A stretch of DNA of 64,000 bases from Candidatus Eremiobacteria bacterium (GCA_963737065.1 CAVTRC010000001.1:1920001-1984000); one strand, 5' to 3'; positions 1 through 10,357 are shown, counted from the stretch's first letter. A program made the numbers and translations. The notes: a model not told the origin generated them from the letters alone.

Positions 1-1185
1 ACGCGCGCGTTCATCAGTAACGTAGCCGGCCCGCTTCACCGCGTCCACCGCGTTCTGCGCGCCGGCCAACTCTTCGTGCGCGTTTTGGGCGAAGCTCGCT
101 ACCTGCGATGCGACGTTGAAGCGAACCGCGCCCGCGTCGGCGACAACGTCGCCGGCTAGGATCTTCAGAAGCGTCGATTTGCCCGAGCCGTTCGCGCCGA
201 CGACTGCAATGCGCTCGCCGCGTTCGACATCGATCGTGAGGTTTTCGAATAGCGTGCGATCGTACCGTTTGGTAAGCGCGCGCGCCTCGAAGGCGAAGCC
301 GTTACCATCGCGACGCGATGCCGGCAAGTCAACCGAAATCGCGCGCCGTTGAGGCGCCGGCGGCGGGGGCTGCTGCGATTCGATGCGATCCAGGTGCTTT
401 TCACGGCTTCGCACCTGACTGTAGTTAGACGATGTCAGCGTTGCACGCAGCCCCGCGACCGTCGCTCGCGCTTTGTCGCGCTCCGCGAGATACGCGTCGA
501 ACTCGCGACGCGCGCGTTCGCGCCGGTCTTCGCGCGCCGCGATGAAGGCCGCGTACGCCGGCGTCGCTTCAGGGTAGACATCGAGCGTTCCGCGATCGAG
601 TTCCCAAATGCGTGTCGCGACGCGATCGAGAAAGTAGCGATCGTGCGACACGAGCAGGTATGCGCGTTTATCGTTCGCGATATACGTTTCGAGCCACCGC
701 ACGGTCGAAATGTCGAGATGGTTCGTCGGCTCGTCGAGAATGCAATACTCGGGATCGTCGATGAGCACGTGCGCGAGCGCCGCTTTTGCGCGTTGCCCGC
801 CGGAAAAAGTGCGTAGCGAACGTTCCAGATCGCCGTCGTCGAAGCCGAATGCGGCAAGCAGGATGCGCAGCGTCTTGTTTCGCAGTCCCCGCTCTTCGTG
901 CGGCGCGCGTTCCAGCGCGCCAGCGATCAACTCTGCAAGCGTCGCGGTGGTCTCATCCGCGACGCTCTGGCCGAGATATCCGAAGCGCACGCCGCGCGCA
1001 CGGACGATCGTACCGCCGAAGGGCGATTCAACGCCGGCGAGCAGCCGCAGCAGCGACGATTTTCCCGCGCCGTTGGGGCCGACGAGTCCGACGCGTTCTC
1101 CCTCGGCGAGCCGGCCGCTCACGTTCGCGAAAATTTCGCGCGCGCCGTAGTGGCATTCGAGATCGCAAAAGCGCAGAAGTTCCAA
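1..1185 (-). CDS. ABC-F family ATP-binding protein (runs off the left window edge)
   Basis: Manual translation from TTG at 1185: MELLRFCDLECHYGAREIF..., Walker A GPNGAGKS, FSGGQRAK, ILDEPTNHLD, VSHDRYFLD, second Walker A GANGSGKS. Not in the ORF track because no stop lies inside the window. Confidence 0.92.
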   Translation of the reverse strand, partial: MELLRFCDLECHYGAREIFANVSGRLAEGERVGLVGPNGAGKSSLLRLLAGVESPFGGTIVRARGVRFGYLGQSVADETTATLAELIAGALERAPHEERGLRNKTLRILLAAFGFDDGDLERSLRTFSGGQRAKAALAHVLIDDPEYCILDEPTNHLDISTVRWLETYIANDKRAYLLVSHDRYFLDRVATRIWELDRGTLDVYPEATPAYAAFIAAREDRRERARREFDAYLAERDKARATVAGLRATLTSSNYSQVRSREKHLDRIESQQPPPPAPQRRAISVDLPASRRDGNGFAFEARALTKRYDRTLFENLTIDVERGERIAVVGANGSGKSTLLKILAGDVVADAGAVRFNVASQVASFAQNAHEELAGAQNAVDAVKRAGYVTDERAR

Positions 1186-1225
1186 GGCGCTTCGCGGATT
1201 CGTCGACTGCGGGTACGCTCCTAGA

Positions 1226-1840
1226 ATGGCAACAGAGTACTTGCCCCCGCGGCTTTCGCTGGCCGGCCTTCGCAAAGCAGCCGCGCAGTGCCGCGGATGC
1301 GACCTGTACCGGTACGCAACGCAGACCGTCTTTGGCGAAGGGAAGGCCCGCGCGCGATTCATGCTCGTCGGCGAGCAGCCGGGCGATAAAGAAGATCTCG
1401 CGGGCCATCCGTTCATCGGCCCCGCCGGGCGGCTACTCCACGACGCGCTGACGGAAGCCGGTATCAGTCCATCCGAGACCTATGTCACCAACGCCGTCAA
1501 ACATTTCAAATTCATCGAACGCGGCAAACGCCGCATTCATCAGAAGCCTAAAGTGATCGAAATTCAGGCGTGCCGGCCGTGGCTCGAAGCGGAATTGAAG
1601 GTGGTGAAGCCGCAACTCGTCGTTGCGCTCGGCGCGACCGCTGCGTACACATTGCTTGGGCCGAAGTTCCGCTTGACGCAGCAGCGCGGGCGGCTTGTCG
1701 CGTCACCGCTTGCCGAACGCGTCATTGCGACGGTGCATCCGTCGTCGATTTTGCGCGCGCCCGACTCCGATACGCGTCATCGTGAATTCGCATGGTTCGT
1801 CGAAGACCTCAGACGCGCAGCCGAGTACGGAACCGGATAA
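1226..1840 (+). CDS. udgX: UdgX-type uracil-DNA glycosylase (family 4, Fe-S)
   Basis: CxxC (CRGC), GEQPG, NAVKH, KRRIHQKP loop, HPSS motif. Confidence 0.88.
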   Translation: MATEYLPPRLSLAGLRKAAAQCRGCDLYRYATQTVFGEGKARARFMLVGEQPGDKEDLAGHPFIGPAGRLLHDALTEAGISPSETYVTNAVKHFKFIERGKRRIHQKPKVIEIQACRPWLEAELKVVKPQLVVALGATAAYTLLGPKFRLTQQRGRLVASPLAERVIATVHPSSILRAPDSDTRHREFAWFVEDLRRAAEYGTG

Positions 1841-1944
1841 AACGCGCGTGTAAAGTTTCGTTTCGTCGCGCGTTTCAGACGTAGGGTTTTCACCGCAGCT
1901 GAGAGCATGCTAAGCGGCCTGTTACCCGATTCATGGAGGAATTG

Positions 1945-2223
1945 ATGCGCCGCACCCTGGCAACCGGACTTCTTGCCGTTCTCATCCTAACCCCGGCGTT
2001 CGCATGCGCCGCGACGATCGATGCGTCCCTGATTCCCGACGGCACCTATGTCGTCAAGGTGGAGAAGGTCGACGACGCTGCGCACGTGACCGTACTAATG
2101 AACAACGGCGCGGAGACCACCCTTCCCGCGACGGGATCCGTCGATTTTAGCAAGATCAAGGCGAACGCTACGATCAAAGTCTCCGTTATCAGAGGGAAGG
2201 TCCCGGTTTACGCGATCCAATAG
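1945..2223 (+). CDS. Small secreted hypothetical protein
   Basis: GGAGGA RBS before ATG 1945; signal-peptide-like N-terminus. Confidence 0.7.
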   Translation: MRRTLATGLLAVLILTPAFACAATIDASLIPDGTYVVKVEKVDDAAHVTVLMNNGAETTLPATGSVDFSKIKANATIKVSVIRGKVPVYAIQ

Positions 2224-2310
2224 CAACCCCACCGGTAGACCTCCGCAAAAAGGGGAAAAGGGGTTCGCAGGAGCGAGCCCCTTTCCGTCTACTCGATTGG
2301 AGGAGAAGTA

Positions 2311-2871
2311 ATGTATAGGACACTCGCCGGCACCGCGCTCGCCGGCTTCATGGCAGTAACGATGGCCGTCGCGCAAGCCGCGCTGCAGTCCGGATCGTTG
2401 TTGAACGGGACGCTGAACCAGAATCTGTCCAGCAACCACGCCTACGTGGGCGAGCCCGTCAGTCTTTCGAACGTCACATCGGACGACGGCAGCGGATCGG
2501 TAACCGGCGGAACGCTCTACGGCTATGTTGCGACCGTGCAGAAGGCGGCCCAAGGACGGCCGGGGAGCATTCAATTGCACTTCAACCGTCTGGTAACGGG
2601 CCACGCGACGTACACGGTCAACACCACCGTGACGAAAACGAACGTTTCCACGAAGAACAACACGTTAAAGGAAGCGGGTGGCGCGCTCGCCGGTATGCTG
2701 GTCGGAAATATGATCGGTAAGACGATCTTCCACACGGGTGCAGGCGGCATCGTCGGCGCCGCGGGCGGTTTCCTTTTGGCAAAGAACAACCACCAAGATA
2801 TCAACGTACCTGCCGGAAGCGTCGTGCAGGTTCAAGTGAATTCCGTCGTTCGTCGCCAGTCTCACGGGTAG
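2311..2871 (+). CDS. Secreted protein with glycine-zipper-like motif
   Basis: GGAGGAG RBS; signal peptide; GGALAGMLVGNMIG...GGIVGAAGG. Confidence 0.75.
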   Translation: MYRTLAGTALAGFMAVTMAVAQAALQSGSLLNGTLNQNLSSNHAYVGEPVSLSNVTSDDGSGSVTGGTLYGYVATVQKAAQGRPGSIQLHFNRLVTGHATYTVNTTVTKTNVSTKNNTLKEAGGALAGMLVGNMIGKTIFHTGAGGIVGAAGGFLLAKNNHQDINVPAGSVVQVQVNSVVRRQSHG

Positions 2872-3827
2872 TGCCCGTCGTACCAGCGACGACTGAAACG
2901 ATCGACCGCGCCGCAGCGCTTTTACGCTCCGGCGCGGTCGTTGCATTTCCGACGGAAACGGTGTACGGGTTGGGTGCGTGCGCCTTCGATGCGCGCGCCG
3001 TCGCACGTATCTTCGAAATCAAAAACCGGCCGGCGTTCGACCCGCTTATCGTACACGTAGACGGTGAGCCGATGCTCCAGCGTGTCGTCGCGTCGATTCC
3101 GCAGACGGCGCGCACGCTGATGGAGCGCTTTTGGCCGGGTCCACTTACGCTCGTTCTGAAAAAAACCGAACGCGTGCCGGCAATCGTCACGTCGGGACTC
3201 GACACCGTCGCGGTTCGAATGCCGGCGCATCCGATCGCGCGCGCCTTGCTTCAGCGGCTGGAATTGCCGCTCGCGGCGCCGAGCGCAAATCCGTTCGGCT
3301 ATTTGAGCCCCACGCGCGCGCAACACGTCGAGCGCATGTTAGACGATCGCGTCGACCTGATCGTCGACGCCGGCGCGGCGACGCACGGTGTGGAGTCGAC
3401 GATTCTGCTCCTTCAACCCGAACCAACGCTTTTGCGTCACGGCGCAATTCCCGTCGAGGAAATCGAAGCATGTATCGGTCCGGTCGCGCGCGAGGTTTCG
3501 GATGAAGCCAAGCCGCTTGCGCCCGGCCGTTTGCCGCAGCACTATGCACCGTCGAAGCCGATTCGAATCGTGAGCGACCCCAACGCCGTGCCGAGCCAGG
3601 AGCGGCAAAGTGCGGCGTTACTTGCGTTTTCGTCGCCGGCCGACGGTTATGCCGCGTCGCGAACGTTGTCGCGAACCGGAGATTTACGCGAAGCAGCCGC
3701 ACGGCTTTTCGAATCATTGCACGAACTCGATTGCGAGCAGGTGACGCGCATCGACGCCGAAGCGGTTCCCGACGAGGGAATCGGGGCCGCAATTATGGAT
3801 CGTTTGCGGCGTGCATCTCACCGATAA
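2871..3827 (+). CDS. sua5: L-threonylcarbamoyladenylate synthase (Sua5 type)
   Basis: AFPTETVYGLG, KNRPAFDPLIVH, APSAN, C-terminal SUA5 domain (APG..HYAP, AIMDRLRRA). Confidence 0.95.
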   Translation: MPVVPATTETIDRAAALLRSGAVVAFPTETVYGLGACAFDARAVARIFEIKNRPAFDPLIVHVDGEPMLQRVVASIPQTARTLMERFWPGPLTLVLKKTERVPAIVTSGLDTVAVRMPAHPIARALLQRLELPLAAPSANPFGYLSPTRAQHVERMLDDRVDLIVDAGAATHGVESTILLLQPEPTLLRHGAIPVEEIEACIGPVAREVSDEAKPLAPGRLPQHYAPSKPIRIVSDPNAVPSQERQSAALLAFSSPADGYAASRTLSRTGDLREAAARLFESLHELDCEQVTRIDAEAVPDEGIGAAIMDRLRRASHR

Positions 3828-4839
3828 GAATCGCCATCGTCTCGCGCTGGCTGCGCTCGTTGTTTTGGCGGTGCTGTGGGGCTATAACTGGGTCGTCATG
3901 AAAGTCGCCGTTCACGACGCGCCGCCGTTCGTATTCGCCGCGACGAGAACGCTCGGAGGCGGAGTCGCGCTGCTCGTTGCCGGACTCGTTTTGCGTCGCG
4001 CGATTGCGCCCCAGCGTCCCGGTGCGTTCTTTTGGATCGGATTGTTTCAAACGGGCATCTTCATCGGGTTGGTGACGTGGGCCGTTGTCACGGCCGGTGC
4101 CGGACAGGTGGCGATGCTCGCGTACACGATGCCGCTGTGGGTCAGCTTGATCGCGTGGCGCGTCCTCGGGGAGCGCTTAGGTGTCGTGCACGCGGTCGCG
4201 ATCGTTATTGCGTTTGCCGGAATCGCGTGCATGATCGGTCCGCAGCACCGGCTTGGAGTTCCCGAACTGCTTGCCGTCCTTGCGGGGCTCAGTTGGGCCG
4301 TCGGCATCGTGATCGCAAAAGTCGTGCAGCGCGATCGCTCGATCGACCTCTTCAATCTGACAATGTGGCAGTTGATCTTCGGCGGCGCCGCGTTGGCCGT
4401 CGTTGCATTCGCCGTACCGGGTCGGGCCGTCGTTTGGAATGCATCGTATGCGTTCGCCGTTGCGTATAACGTCGTGCTCGCTACCGCGCTTGCGTATTTT
4501 TTGTGGATTTTCGTGCTCAACGAATTGCCCGCGCGCGATGCCAGCATGGGAACGCTCGCGAATCCGGTTGTCGGCGTCGTTGCCGCGTGGATTCAACTCG
4601 GCGAGAAGCCGACATTGCTTTCCGGAATCGGGATGATCCTCGTGTTGATCGGACTGCTGGTCATTTCGTTGCCGCAACGCAACGTTATACCGCGGCGAAG
4701 CGCGATCAGCGGGAAACGACAGGGCTCCCGATTCTTCGTGGCTAATTCGCCCGGAGGCACGATAGAGTGCCCCTTCGGTCACTTCTATAGGCCGGAGTGC
4801 TTTATCTCAGGTATGATTGAGCTGGGACCGATAGATTAA
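3811..4839 (+). CDS. EamA/DMT family transporter with atypical C-terminal tail
   Basis: LWGYNW, about 10 hydrophobic helices, two EamA halves (LGER, LGEK). Confidence 0.88.
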   Translation: MHLTDKNRHRLALAALVVLAVLWGYNWVVMKVAVHDAPPFVFAATRTLGGGVALLVAGLVLRRAIAPQRPGAFFWIGLFQTGIFIGLVTWAVVTAGAGQVAMLAYTMPLWVSLIAWRVLGERLGVVHAVAIVIAFAGIACMIGPQHRLGVPELLAVLAGLSWAVGIVIAKVVQRDRSIDLFNLTMWQLIFGGAALAVVAFAVPGRAVVWNASYAFAVAYNVVLATALAYFLWIFVLNELPARDASMGTLANPVVGVVAAWIQLGEKPTLLSGIGMILVLIGLLVISLPQRNVIPRRSAISGKRQGSRFFVANSPGGTIECPFGHFYRPECFISGMIELGPID

Positions 4840-4843
4840 CGAT

Positions 4844-6185
4844 ATGAACCCGCCTCGCTTGCGATGCGCGCACATTGCCGCATGCGCCGTAGTTCTTGGT
4901 CTCGGAGCGTCTGTACCGGCATTTGCGCAGACGACGCTTCCGGCTGCGGTTGCCGCCGACGTGAACGAAAGCTATCGTTTGCTGGCGCACACATACTTTA
5001 AGCCGGTCGATCAACAAGGGCTCATCGACGCGGCGCGTAACGCGCTCTCCGACGAGGCCAATAAGCACCACGTCAAAGTCGCGGTTCCCGACATCAAAGC
5101 GGCCGAAGGTGTCGAGCCGGCGCTGGCGTCGCTCGATCAGGAGATCGCCGACGCGGCGCAGAGTGCCCACGCGACGCCGACGCAATTCGCGTACGCGGCG
5201 ATTACCGGAATGGCGAAATCCGTCAACGACCGCTATACGGTCTTCATGACGCCGGATGATTTCAAGGCATTCAATGCTGCGCTCGATCCGGAACGGATCT
5301 CGGGTATCGGCGTAATGGTCGCGCAAGACAGCGCGAGCAATCTTGATCACCGTCAGCTATGTAGTGCCGGGCACGCCGGCGGAGAAGAACGGCTTGTTGG
5401 CCGGCGATTTCATTACTGCGATCGACGGAACGAGCACGAAAGGCCTCGCGGTCGATGCCGCGAGCAAATTGTTGCGTGGCAAAGCCGGCACGCCGGTCCA
5501 CCTCGCGGTCGCACGCTCCAGCGAACCGCAGCACGACTTCACGATCGTACGCAGCGAAATCCAACCGCCGACGGTCGTGGACAAAATGCTGGCCGATGAC
5601 ATCGGCTACATCTACATCATCGCATTCGGCAAAGATACGCCGATGGAGTTCGATGCCGCGCTCGATCGTCTGCGTCAGCAAAACGCGCGCGCGATCGTGC
5701 TCGATTTGCGCAACGACGGCGGCGGCTATGTCGACTCCGCGCTCGACATGAGCTCGCGTTTCATCACGCAGCGGCCGCTGCTCACCGTGCAACAGCGCGG
5801 CGAACCGGATCAAACGATCGACGCATCGCCCGGCACGCCGCTGAACGTGCCCGTCACCGTGCTCGTGAACAAATACACGGCTTCTGCGTCCGAGATCATG
5901 GCCGGCGCGCTGCAGGACGACGGCATTGCGTCGCTCATCGGACAACGGACGTTCGGCAAGGGCGTCATGCAAACGCTGACGCCGCTCGCCGACGGTTCGG
6001 CAATCAAAATCACGACCGCGCATTACCTGACGCCGCGTCGCCGCGACATCAATCTCAAGGGCATCGATCCCGACGTAGCCGTCGACGAACCGAACGGCTC
6101 GCGATTCGGCGATGCGGCAAACGATCCGCAGCTGCGCGCGGCGATTCAATTACTACAGAAGAAGATCGCGTCCGCGAAACCGTAA
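4844..6185 (+). CDS. ctpA: S41 C-terminal processing peptidase with PDZ domain; frameshift near 5340
   Basis: ORFs 4844-5599 and 5343-6185 join: DRYTVF, SGIGV, PDZ, DLRNDGGG, TASASE, TFGKG. Confidence 0.88.
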
Positions 6186-6198
6186 TTCGGCCGGCGAA

Positions 6199-6597
6199 CT
6201 AGGAGACGTGCCGGCGCACGAGCCGGACGCACGTGCCGTTTCGATCGAATTGAACGCCGTCCATCAGGCGGCGCATGAGAAAGATGCCGAAGCCGCGGCT
6301 GCGTTGCTCGATCGGCGTGTCATCACGTCTGCCGTCGACCGAGAAACCTTGGCCGTTGTCGCGGATTTCGATGGTGAGCTCGTCCTGCGCGAACAGGCAT
6401 CGCACGGAAAAGCCGTTGGAGCGCATCGTGCGGCCGTGTTCCACCGCGTTGCTGAGCGCTTCGCCGGCAGCCAGCCGGATATCGCTGACTTCTTCGGTGG
6501 AGAAGCCGCAAACGCGCGCGAAGCTTGCTATAGCGTTTCGCGCCAGCGGAACGTTGCGACGGTCGCCGGTGAATGCGGCGCGGTAAGTCGGACTCAC
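6199..6597 (-). CDS. RsbW-like anti-sigma regulatory factor (HATPase_c)
   Basis: From GTG 6597: IRLAAGEALSNAVEHG, IRDNGQGF, RGFGIFLMRRLMD. Confidence 0.85.
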   Translation of the reverse strand: MSPTYRAAFTGDRRNVPLARNAIASFARVCGFSTEEVSDIRLAAGEALSNAVEHGRTMRSNGFSVRCLFAQDELTIEIRDNGQGFSVDGRRDDTPIEQRSRGFGIFLMRRLMDGVQFDRNGTCVRLVRRHVS

Positions 6598-6608
6598 TTG
6601 CGCTTTGG

Positions 6609-6633
6609 TTACCCGATGGAACGAAGCGTAAAC
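6609..6633 (-). promoter_or_regulatory. Putative SigB/SigF-type promoter GTTTAC-N13-GGGTAA
   Basis: Reverse complement matches the general-stress sigma consensus, 11 nt upstream of the anti-sigma GTG. Confidence 0.55.
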
Positions 6634-6718
6634 GGAACCGGCGGCCCGTTTGGTTAGAATTTCGTGCTGTGTCCGGAAGTGTGCGGCCGCTCGTTTGGTG
6701 GCAGAAGGAGTACCGGGG

Positions 6719-8922
6719 TTGCGCCATCTTTCGATTCTCTTTTCGCTCGCGCTCATTGCGGCGACGCCCGTTGTGCTTCCGAACGACTGGGTCTTGGAGG
6801 GCGCCCCGGGACCGGTGATCGCGACGGGAACGATGCCGCAAGGGATGGCGCTCTCGCGCGACGGCTCGACGATCGCCGTGATTGAGGCCGGATACAATCC
6901 CGCGGCGCTGAGCCTGTATCGGGTGCCGAATCTCGCGCGTATCGCAACGATTCCCTTACCGGGAGCATTTGGCCGGCCGGTGTGGAGCGATGCGCACCAC
7001 GTGCTCGTTGCCGGAGGCAGCGCGGATGCGCTGTTGCGAGTGAACGTGCAGACGCGCGCCGTTGAACGCATCCGGTTTCCGAAGGCATCGTACCCGCTCT
7101 TTATCGCAGCGGCGTCCGATGGGAAAACGTACGCCGTTGCCACCGCGCGCGATCTCTCGCTGCGCGTCGGAACGCTCGAAACGATTGCCACGGCACGTCC
7201 AACGCGATTTGGAGCCCAAGCGGGCGGAATTGCCTTCGGCAACGACGGGGCGACCGTCTTCGTCGCGCTGCGCCCGCGTGATGAGGTCGTCGCGATCGAT
7301 ACTGCGTCAGGCGCAATCGTGCATCGCGCGCACGTCGGCCTTCATCCCTCGGCGCTGCTTGCGTCCGGCGGAAAGCTCTACGTTGCGGAAAACGATGCGG
7401 ATGCCGTAGCAATCCTCGACGTTCGCGATTTGCACGCGATTCGAGACGTTTCGGTGCGCGATCGCGCGCCGTTCGACGTGATCGGCGTTTCGCCGAATTC
7501 GCTCTACGCCGGAGACGGAGCGATTTTCGTTACGCTCGGCGCCGCAAATTCGGTAGCGATCTTGCGCAACGACGAATTGGTTGGACGCATGCAAGCCGGA
7601 TGGTATCCAACCGACGCGATCGCTTCGCGCGGGCGGCTGTACGTCTTGAACGGAAAGGGCGAGGGCGCGCGGCCGAATCCGAACTTTCGTCCGGGAAGCG
7701 ATCGCGACTATATCGGCACGATCGAATTCGGATCGTTGCGCGCATACGAAATGCCGTCGACGTCTGCGATGAACGGCAATCCGCAGGGTGCGCGCGCGTG
7801 GAACGATCCCACTGCCGCGTCCATCCTTCGCCGGGACGGACCGATTCGACACGTGTTTTTCGTGCTCAAAGAAAATCGGTCGTACGATCAAGTTCTGGGA
7901 GATATGGCGCAGGGCAACGGCGATGCGAAGCTCGCGTGGTTCGGCCGCCGCGTGACGCCGAACGAGCACGCCATCGCGGCGCGATTCGGATTGTTCGACA
8001 ACGCGTACACGAGCGGCGAGGTCAGCGCTGTGGGCCACATGTGGGCCGATGCGGCATTTTCGAACGATTACTTGGAACGGTTTTGGCCGCTGATCTATGC
8101 CAATCGCGGTTATGCCGACGACGCCACGCAAGGTGACGGGCCGGTTACGTCATCCGCGGGATATCTGTGGGATGCCGCGCGCCGCGCGCACGTCTCGTTT
8201 CGCGACTATGGTGAACTCGTCGATCCGGGAAAGACGCCCGGGAGCGCATGGGTGCCCGACGTTCCGAGCCTCAAGGGCATCATCGACCCGAACTATCCTG
8301 GCTGGAATCTACGCATCAGCGACCTTGAGCGAGTGAAAGCGTGGCGCGGCGAATTCGACGCGTTCGTTCGCGCGCGCACGCTTGCCGCAGTTCGAATTCA
8401 TTTGGTTGCCCAACGATCACACGTACGGCAGCAAACCCAAGGAGTTGACGCCGGCGTCGTACGTCGCGCAGAACGACTACGCATTAGGCCAAATGATCGA
8501 TACGATCTCGCACTCGCGCCGTGTGGAAGTCGTCGGTGATCTTCGCAATCGAGGACGATGCGCAAGATGGTCCCGACCACGTGAGCGATCAGCGCACGAC
8601 CCTCTTCGTCGTTTCGCCCTACTCGCGTGGCGGCGTCCGTCACGAACACTATGCAACCGTCAGCATTCTGCGCACGTATCGAACTGCTGCTCGGGCTACA
8701 CCCGCTTTCCACGTACGATGCGATGGCGACGCCGATGTACGCGGCGTTTTCGTCGACGCCGATCTGCGGCCGTACACCGTGCATCCGCCGTCGATCGATA
8801 TCTCGAAACGCAATCTGCAAACGGCGTACGGCGCGCTTCAGAGCGCGCGCCTGGATTTCAGCCGTCCGGATGCCATCGCGCCCGCGGTGCTAAACGGCAT
8901 ACTCGCGCACAATCACGACTAA
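6719..8922 (+). CDS. YncE beta-propeller / phosphoesterase (alkaline phosphatase family) fusion; several frameshifts at 8380-8760
   Basis: YVTN-like repeats, GWYPT, KENRSYDQVLGD, LPNDHT, EDDAQDGPDHV in successive frames; AAGGAG RBS before TTG 6719. Confidence 0.85.
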
Positions 8923-8973
8923 TTGTGCAATAGCGGATAGGCGACGGTGTTCGTTGTCGCGTACGATAGCCGG

Positions 8974-10141
8974 GTGATGAAGCTTTTGCGACCTTTCCTT
9001 GCGCTCGTGTTGAGCGCGGGCATTCTTGCCGCGCCCGCTTCCGGTGTGGCGGCAAACGATATTTCGCTTCAGGCGAAGCTGACGCAGATCTTGCAAAACT
9101 ACATAAAGGAGCGTGGCGCTGCCGAGCACATCGATGCGGCGTCGGTGAGCGTTACGACGCTGCACGGTGATGCGCCGACGGTCGCCGCCGTCGGTGCAAC
9201 GCCGTCGACGCTCTTTCAGATCGGCAGCAATACCAAGGCGTTTACGGCCGTGCTTGCGCTTCAGTTGGAAGCCGCCGGCAAGTTGAACATCGATGCGCCG
9301 ATCGGACGATGGCTGCCGCAATATCCAGCGTGGAAAAACATCACCATTCGGCATCTGCTCGACATGACGAGCGGCATCCCGACGTACGATAACGATCCGG
9401 CGTTCCAGCGGCGATATGGAAAGAATCCGTATAAGAACTATTCGGCCGCAGAACTCGTCGCCGCCGTCTATCCGAAGAACGGGCACCCGACGTTCATGCG
9501 CGGTTGGTACTATTCGAACACCGGATACATCCTCACGCAAATGATCCTGGAACGCATTACGGGTCAGTCGTACGGCGACTTACTGCGCACGCGCATTTTC
9601 ACGCCTTACCATCTCGCCAACATGTATTACGATCCGAACGTGCTTCCCGCGAACGTTCAACCGCGCGTCTCGCCGGGATACTTTTTCAATAACGAACCGG
9701 ACAACGCCGGATTGCAGCCGCTCTACAAGCGCGACGTGCGGAACTTGAGCTTGTCGTGGGCGCAGGCGGCGGGCGGAATCGTCGCAACGCCGGCCGCACT
9801 CGAGCGTTGGGTTCAGATCCTTTATGGTCCAACGATGTTGCCGAAAAAACAGCGCGATGAATTGATGTCGACCGTCTCGATGACGACGGGAAAGCCGGTA
9901 GCGCAGGCATCGCAGAGCGCAGCCGCGGACGTTCGGACTAGGCGTCGGCGAAATGTACAAGCCGCCGCTCGGGCGATTCATGTTTTACGAGGGCATGACG
10001 CTCGGATACCGGGTCGTCCATGTGTATGCTCCACAACACAATCTCGTCCTCACCGTTGCGCTGAACAGCCAGCCAAATCCGAATGAGGACCACGTGGGCG
10101 TGCTCATCGATCGCATCGTCAAAGTACTGCCATCGCAATGA
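8974..10141 (+). CDS. Serine hydrolase (beta-lactamase/D,D-peptidase family); frameshift near 9920
   Basis: Signal peptide, SxxK (GSNTK), LLDMTSGI, YSN; C-terminus in ORF 9953-10141. Confidence 0.85.
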
Positions 10142-10172
10142 CCAGACTGCGACACATTAGGACCAACGGGCA

Positions 10173-10201
10173 TTGACGCGTTATCCGGCGCGTGATAGGT
10201 T
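10173..10201 (+). promoter_or_regulatory. Sigma70-type promoter TTGACG-N17-TAGGTT with extended -10 TG
   Basis: TTGACG 10173-10178, TG 10193-10194, TAGGTT 10196-10201. Confidence 0.7.
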
Positions 10202-10210
10202 AACCGCGTA

Positions 10211-10285
10211 ATGTTTGTTGTGTGTTGTAGCGCATGTCTCTGTTGTTCGACGCCGCCGGCGTGGGATAGCTGTCGCATACCGTAA
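10211..10285 (+). CDS. Cysteine-rich leader peptide MFVVCCSACLCCSTPPAWDSCRIP (24 aa)
   Basis: 6 of 24 codons are Cys, all TGT; lies between promoter and terminator upstream of cysH. Confidence 0.8.
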   Translation: MFVVCCSACLCCSTPPAWDSCRIP

Positions 10286-10308
10286 CAACACAGGTCTGTA
10301 TCAGCTAT

Positions 10309-10346
10309 AGCCCCCGCCGTCAAATGACAGCGGGGGCTTTCTTTTT
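10309..10346 (+). terminator. Intrinsic terminator (attenuator) upstream of cysH
   Basis: AGCCCCCGC...GCGGGGGCT stem followed by TTCTTTTT, ending 11 nt before the cysH ATG. Confidence 0.85.
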
Positions 10347-10357
10347 ACGGGAACGAC

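Noticed and set aside
1840..2284. Hairpins at about 1840-1876 and 2257-2284 as ncRNAs
   Set aside because: Simple stems after stop codons, consistent with ordinary terminators or stabilisers
5330..9960. Frameshifts in ctpA, the phosphoesterase and the serine hydrolase as programmed recoding or pseudogenes
   Set aside because: Single-base shifts with motifs otherwise intact and no slippery-site pattern; most likely sequencing indels
10211..10285. Cys-rich peptide as a RiPP precursor or metallothionein
   Set aside because: No modifying enzymes nearby; its position between promoter and terminator/antiterminator upstream of cys genes fits attenuation better
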